From assembly GCA_016181845.1 (NCBI GenBank), contig JACOYO010000006.1, forward strand, positions 1 to 52,447: a stretch of DNA of 52,447 bases. Direction: 5' to 3'. Position numbers and translations under genes: made by a program. This stretch comes from Parcubacteria group bacterium (GTDB taxonomy: Bacteria > Patescibacteriota > Minisyncoccia > Phycocordibacterales > 21-14-all-47-15). The notes under the pieces were generated by a model. That model worked only from the letters and a program-made list of their open reading frames with translations, made no database searches and had not been told where the DNA came from. Positions 49,254 through 52,447 of this stretch are shown one piece after another. Every line of letters starts with the position of its first letter. The first letter of the stretch is position 1.

Positions 49254-49625
49254 TTACACCACTTCCGGCGCAAGAGATATCACTTTCTGATAACCGGCAT
49301 CGGCAAGCTCACGCGGAATCGGTCCGAATACGCGCGCGCCGCGCGGCTCTTTTTTGTCTGGGTCAACAATTACGACCGCGTTTTCGTCAAACCGAATATA
49401 CGAACCGTCTTTTCTGCGGTATGCTTTTTTCTGACGAACCACCACTGCTTTCAGCACATCTTTTTTCTTCACTTGCTTCCGCGGCTCGGCAACCTGCACC
49501 GAAAGCACGACAATTTCACCGATTTCGGCATAGCGTTTTTTTGAACCGCCGAGCACTTTGAAAATACGCCCGATTTTACCGCCGGTGTTGTCTGCAATTT
49601 TTACGATTGAACGTGGTTGAATCAT
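49254..49625 (-). CDS. rplN: 50S ribosomal protein L14
   Basis: MIQPRSIVKIADNTGGK. Confidence 0.97.
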   Translation of the reverse strand: MIQPRSIVKIADNTGGKIGRIFKVLGGSKKRYAEIGEIVVLSVQVAEPRKQVKKKDVLKAVVVRQKKAYRRKDGSYIRFDENAVVIVDPDKKEPRGARVFGPIPRELADAGYQKVISLAPEVV

Positions 49626-49659
49626 ATGTTTAGCTTTTTAGGTTAATCGACTCCGCCCT

Positions 49660-49929
49660 TCATTTTTCTAAAACCTTAAAATGTTTATCTTTTGAAAGCG
49701 GGCGTGTCTCTTCTATTTCAACCGTATCGCCGACCTTGTGCTTGTTTTCTTCGTCGTGCGCTTTGTATTTTTTGCTCTGTTTAATGTATTTTTGATATTT
49801 CGGATGTTTAACAAAACGGTTCACCAAAACAACGACAGTTTTGTCCATTTTGTCGGACACAACGACGCCGCGAAGTCTTTTGCCTGCGGATAATCCTGTT
49901 TTTTTTGTTGATGCTGTGTTGTTTTTCAT
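49660..49929 (-). CDS. rpsQ: 30S ribosomal protein S17
   Basis: [19 protein letters not shown]...[27 protein letters not shown]. Confidence 0.95.
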   Translation of the reverse strand: MKNNTASTKKTGLSAGKRLRGVVVSDKMDKTVVVLVNRFVKHPKYQKYIKQSKKYKAHDEENKHKVGDTVEIEETRPLSKDKHFKVLEK

Positions 49930-49946
49930 ATTAAAAATTCTTTGCT

Positions 49947-50141
49947 TTATTTTTTACGGGCGTTCAGTTCGGTTAAAATACGCGCCACCACTTTTCGGCG
50001 ATTGGCTGATTCTTTGATATTTTTTGTCTTGCTTCCGGCAACGCCAAACCGAAACCGCCGCAATGCTTCCCGATTGAGAACAAGCTCTTTTTGCAAATCG
50101 GCATCAGTATTTTTTTTGAAATTGTGTTTTGTTTTTGTCAT
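49947..50141 (-). CDS. rpmC: 50S ribosomal protein L29
   Basis: Size, sequence and position between L16 and S17. Confidence 0.9.
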   Translation of the reverse strand: MTKTKHNFKKNTDADLQKELVLNREALRRFRFGVAGSKTKNIKESANRRKVVARILTELNARKK

Positions 50142-50145
50142 ATCG

Positions 50146-50565
50146 TTATCGCGCTACCACTTTTGATTTGAGCGGAAGTTTTGAGCCGGCTTTTCTAAGC
50201 GCTTCATGCGCAATTTCTCCGCTGATTCCATCAACTTCAAAAATCACCCGACCCGGTTTCACTTCCATTGAATATCCCTCTAAATCTCCCTTGCCTTTTC
50301 CCATTGGGGTTTCAGCGCCTTTTGCAGTATATGGGCGGTCCGGAAAAATACGAATCCACATTTTCCCCGTCTTACCCATCGTCCGTGAAATCACCTTTCT
50401 TGCCGCCTCAATCTGATTTGACCTGACTCGCGCTGGGGAAGTGGCTTTCAACCCAAAAGAGCCAAAAGAGATTTTTGTTCCTCTCGTTTCCGGGCGGGCA
50501 ATCTTCAGCGGGTGTTTGCGTCCGGTTTGCCACTTTCTAAATTTTACTTTTTTGGGAAATAACAT
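50146..50565 (-). CDS. rplP: 50S ribosomal protein L16
   Basis: MLFPKKVKFRKWQTGR. Confidence 0.97.
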   Translation of the reverse strand: MLFPKKVKFRKWQTGRKHPLKIARPETRGTKISFGSFGLKATSPARVRSNQIEAARKVISRTMGKTGKMWIRIFPDRPYTAKGAETPMGKGKGDLEGYSMEVKPGRVIFEVDGISGEIAHEALRKAGSKLPLKSKVVAR

Positions 50566-50571
50566 GTTTGA

Positions 50572-51264
50572 TTATGAATGTTCTTGTCCTCTTACCGGCA
50601 CGTCTTTTTCCGCCTGGAAAACTTCTCCTTTGTAAATCCAGACTTTGATGCCGATATCGCCGTATGACATGTGCGCTTTTTCGCGCGCAAAATCAATATC
50701 CGCGCGAAATGTTTGAAGCGGGATTGTTCCGCGCTTGATGCTTTCTCTGCGCCCCATGTCGGCACCGCCCAACCGTCCCGAAAGCGCGATTTTTGCGCCC
50801 TTCACGTTTCGGTTTGCCATAACTTTTTCAATCGTCTGTTTCAAAATGCGGCGAAATGTCAGCCGTTTTTCCAATCCTTCTGCGACCATTTGCGCGACAA
50901 GGGAGGCATCGGATTCCGGCTGTTTCACCTCTTCAATATCTACCTTGATATCTTCAGGGAGCGTAAGCGCGTGTTTTTTAAAAAAAGTTACAATTTCTTC
51001 TTTCAGTTTTGTCGAGCCCTCGCCGCCGCGTCCTATGATAACACCCGCGCGCGCTGTTTTGATGATAATCCGAAACGTGTTGCGGTTTCTTTCTATTTCA
51101 ATACCGGACACCAGACTGCCGCGCAATTTTTTTTCAAGATATTCGCGGACAAGCACGTCTTCTTTCAGAGTTTTTGCATACCCTTTGCCAACGCCAAACC
51201 AGCGAGATTTCCAATCTCTTAAAATAACGAGGCGGTGTGCGTATGGGTGAACGACGTGTGACAT
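50572..51264 (-). CDS. rpsC: 30S ribosomal protein S3
   Basis: KH domain and the S3 C-terminal domain; 230 aa. Confidence 0.96.
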   Translation of the reverse strand: MSHVVHPYAHRLVILRDWKSRWFGVGKGYAKTLKEDVLVREYLEKKLRGSLVSGIEIERNRNTFRIIIKTARAGVIIGRGGEGSTKLKEEIVTFFKKHALTLPEDIKVDIEEVKQPESDASLVAQMVAEGLEKRLTFRRILKQTIEKVMANRNVKGAKIALSGRLGGADMGRRESIKRGTIPLQTFRADIDFAREKAHMSYGDIGIKVWIYKGEVFQAEKDVPVRGQEHS

Positions 51265-51294
51265 AATAAAAAGGTAAGATATAAAAATATAAAA

Positions 51295-51648
51295 TTATTT
51301 TTTTGTTTTTTTGTTGTTCTCTTTCTCTCCCAAAACAATCGTAATGTGGCTGGAGCGTTTGTTGATTGGTGTCGCACGGCCCATGGCGCGCGGCATGCTC
51401 CGCTTTAGCGTCACTCCCTTGTTGACCTGAATATCTTTCACGAAAAGCGCATGCATATCATTTTTTCCTTCCGTATTTTTTGCGTTTGCAACCGCTGATT
51501 CAAGTAATTTTTTGAGCGGAGTAGTCGCGCGTTTTGGAAGCACCGAAAGAGCAATGAGGGCATCGGGCACTCGTTTGCCGCGTATTGCGTTGGCGACTAC
51601 ACGCACTTTGCGTGGCGACTGTCTATAATTTTTAAGAAATGCGCGCAT
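51295..51648 (-). CDS. rplV: 50S ribosomal protein L22
   Basis: YRQSPRKVRVVANAIRGKRV. Confidence 0.95.
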   Translation of the reverse strand: MRAFLKNYRQSPRKVRVVANAIRGKRVPDALIALSVLPKRATTPLKKLLESAVANAKNTEGKNDMHALFVKDIQVNKGVTLKRSMPRAMGRATPINKRSSHITIVLGEKENNKKTKK

Positions 51649-51672
51649 GGTAAAAAATAATTGGGGAAACTT

Positions 51673-52017
51673 TTATTTCTTGGTGGTATCGGTCGCTGTT
51701 TTTGCGGCTTGAGCGGCGGCAATTTCGGCTTCTTTCTTTTTCTGCTCAATCTCTTTCTGCATTTTTCCGCCGTGCCGGAGAAACTTCTTTGTAGGAGAAA
51801 ACTCTCCCAGCCGATGTCCGACCATTTCTTCGGACACCAACACTTCAATGTGGCTTTTGCCATTGTATATGCCAAAAGTAAATCCGACCATTTCAGGAGC
51901 GATTTGGCTTGCGCGCGCCCACGTCTTAACAACACCGGCTTGTTCCGGTTTCTTTCCCTGAATTTTTTTCAGGAGTTTTTCGTCCACATACGGACCTTTT
52001 TTGAGCGAGCGTGTCAT
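51673..52017 (-). CDS. rpsS: 30S ribosomal protein S19 with a ~25-aa Lys/Ala-rich C-terminal extension
   Basis: [18 protein letters not shown]...[10 protein letters not shown]. Start trimmed to MTRSLKK. Confidence 0.93.
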   Translation of the reverse strand: MTRSLKKGPYVDEKLLKKIQGKKPEQAGVVKTWARASQIAPEMVGFTFGIYNGKSHIEVLVSEEMVGHRLGEFSPTKKFLRHGGKMQKEIEQKKKEAEIAAAQAAKTATDTTKK

Positions 52018-52283
52018 AATCAAATAAAAGCACCCCTGCAAGGGCTGTCTCACATACTAAACAAAACCTTATTTATTGTCAATAAAAATCTGGCTGAATT
52101 GCTGTTTAATCTGTTTTTTGCTATATTTGCTAAGTTGTTAGGTTTTAGGTTGTTATTAAAATTCCTAAAAAGCTAACAAGTTAATTCCCTAATAAGCTAA
52201 TTACTATCGCGCGGGTAGCTGTTTTGGTAGGCTCAAAGGTAAGTAGTACATTTCTTGTAATAAGTTTTGATAAATTAAATATC

Positions 52284-52359
52284 GCGCGCTTAGCTCAGTT
52301 GGTAGAGCAACCCGTTTACACCGGGAAGGTCGGGGGTTCAAGTCCCTCAGCGCGCACCA
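52284..52359 (+). tRNA. tRNA-Val (anticodon TAC) with encoded CCA
   Basis: GCGCGCT acceptor, GCTC/GAGC D stem, anticodon loop TTTACAC, T arm GGGGG-TTCAAGT-CCCTC, then ACCA. Confidence 0.88.
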
Positions 52360-52377
52360 ACGAACGAAGTGAGTGCC

Positions 52378-52447
52378 GTGCGCGCTGAGGCGCAGCTTTT
52401 CTCGCAAGAAAAGCGTAGCGCGGACTTGAAAAGGTTGCCTGCTATTT
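52378..52447 (+). repeat. tRNA-linked structured element (truncated by the window end) whose 5' part is the inverted complement of the tRNA-Val 3' end, split by a hairpin
   Basis: GTGCGCGCTGAGG (complement of CCTCAGCGCGCAC in the tRNA) + hairpin GCGCAGCTTTTC-TCGCAA-GAAAAGC-GT-AGCGC + GGACTTGAA (complement of the T-loop TTCAAGTCC). Confidence 0.75.

Overview
The window looks like a small-genome, Patescibacteria/CPR-like (Parcubacteria-type) chromosome segment. That assignment is an inference from gene content, not a database result. Nearly all genes are on the minus strand.

Core content:
- Ribosomal and translation genes sit in three separated blocks: rpsJ-rplC-rplD-rplW-rplB with rpsL-rpsG-fusA-(htrA)-tuf at 6.6-16 kb; secE-nusG-rplK at 37-38 kb with no rplA after it; and rpsS through rplE at 48.4-52 kb.
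- Other housekeeping genes: ileS, argS, glyQS, recO, glmS, murD, a dcd-thyX-tmk module, a malic enzyme, and four tRNAs (His-GTG, Leu-GAG, Leu-CAG, Val-TAC).
- Plus strand, 1.8-3.7 kb: an array of four paralogous TrbC/VirB2-like pilin genes.

Observations I rate highest:
1. IleRS carries an in-frame insertion of about 195 aa with intact histidine-phosphatase (RHG...H) motifs.
2. Structured repeats follow two different tRNA genes. Their 5' part is an inverted copy of that tRNA's own 3' end, split by a hairpin of conserved architecture. After tRNA-Leu(GAG) they form two tandem 155-bp units.
3. An ~80-bp palindromic MITE/REP-like element occurs at least seven times. Copies lie between the pilin genes and one lies inside the S10 operon. 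One copy has compensatory changes in both stem arms.
4. A 38-bp palindrome brackets an AT-rich cassette encoding a PaaX-like/Cas2-fold regulator and recurs upstream of rpsL.
5. Tandem heptamer arrays sit in frame inside ileS and argS, and intergenic spacers are built from the same kind of 7-8-nt words folded into long hairpins.
6. Many genes have TGnTATACT/TATAAT boxes 6-7 nt before the ATG, suggesting leaderless mRNAs, while another subset has strong Shine-Dalgarno sites.
7. The first gene is apparently frameshifted at a T5 run.

No CRISPR array, cas gene, transposase or integrase was found.

All coordinates for non-ORF features were derived by hand and may be off by 1-2 nt.
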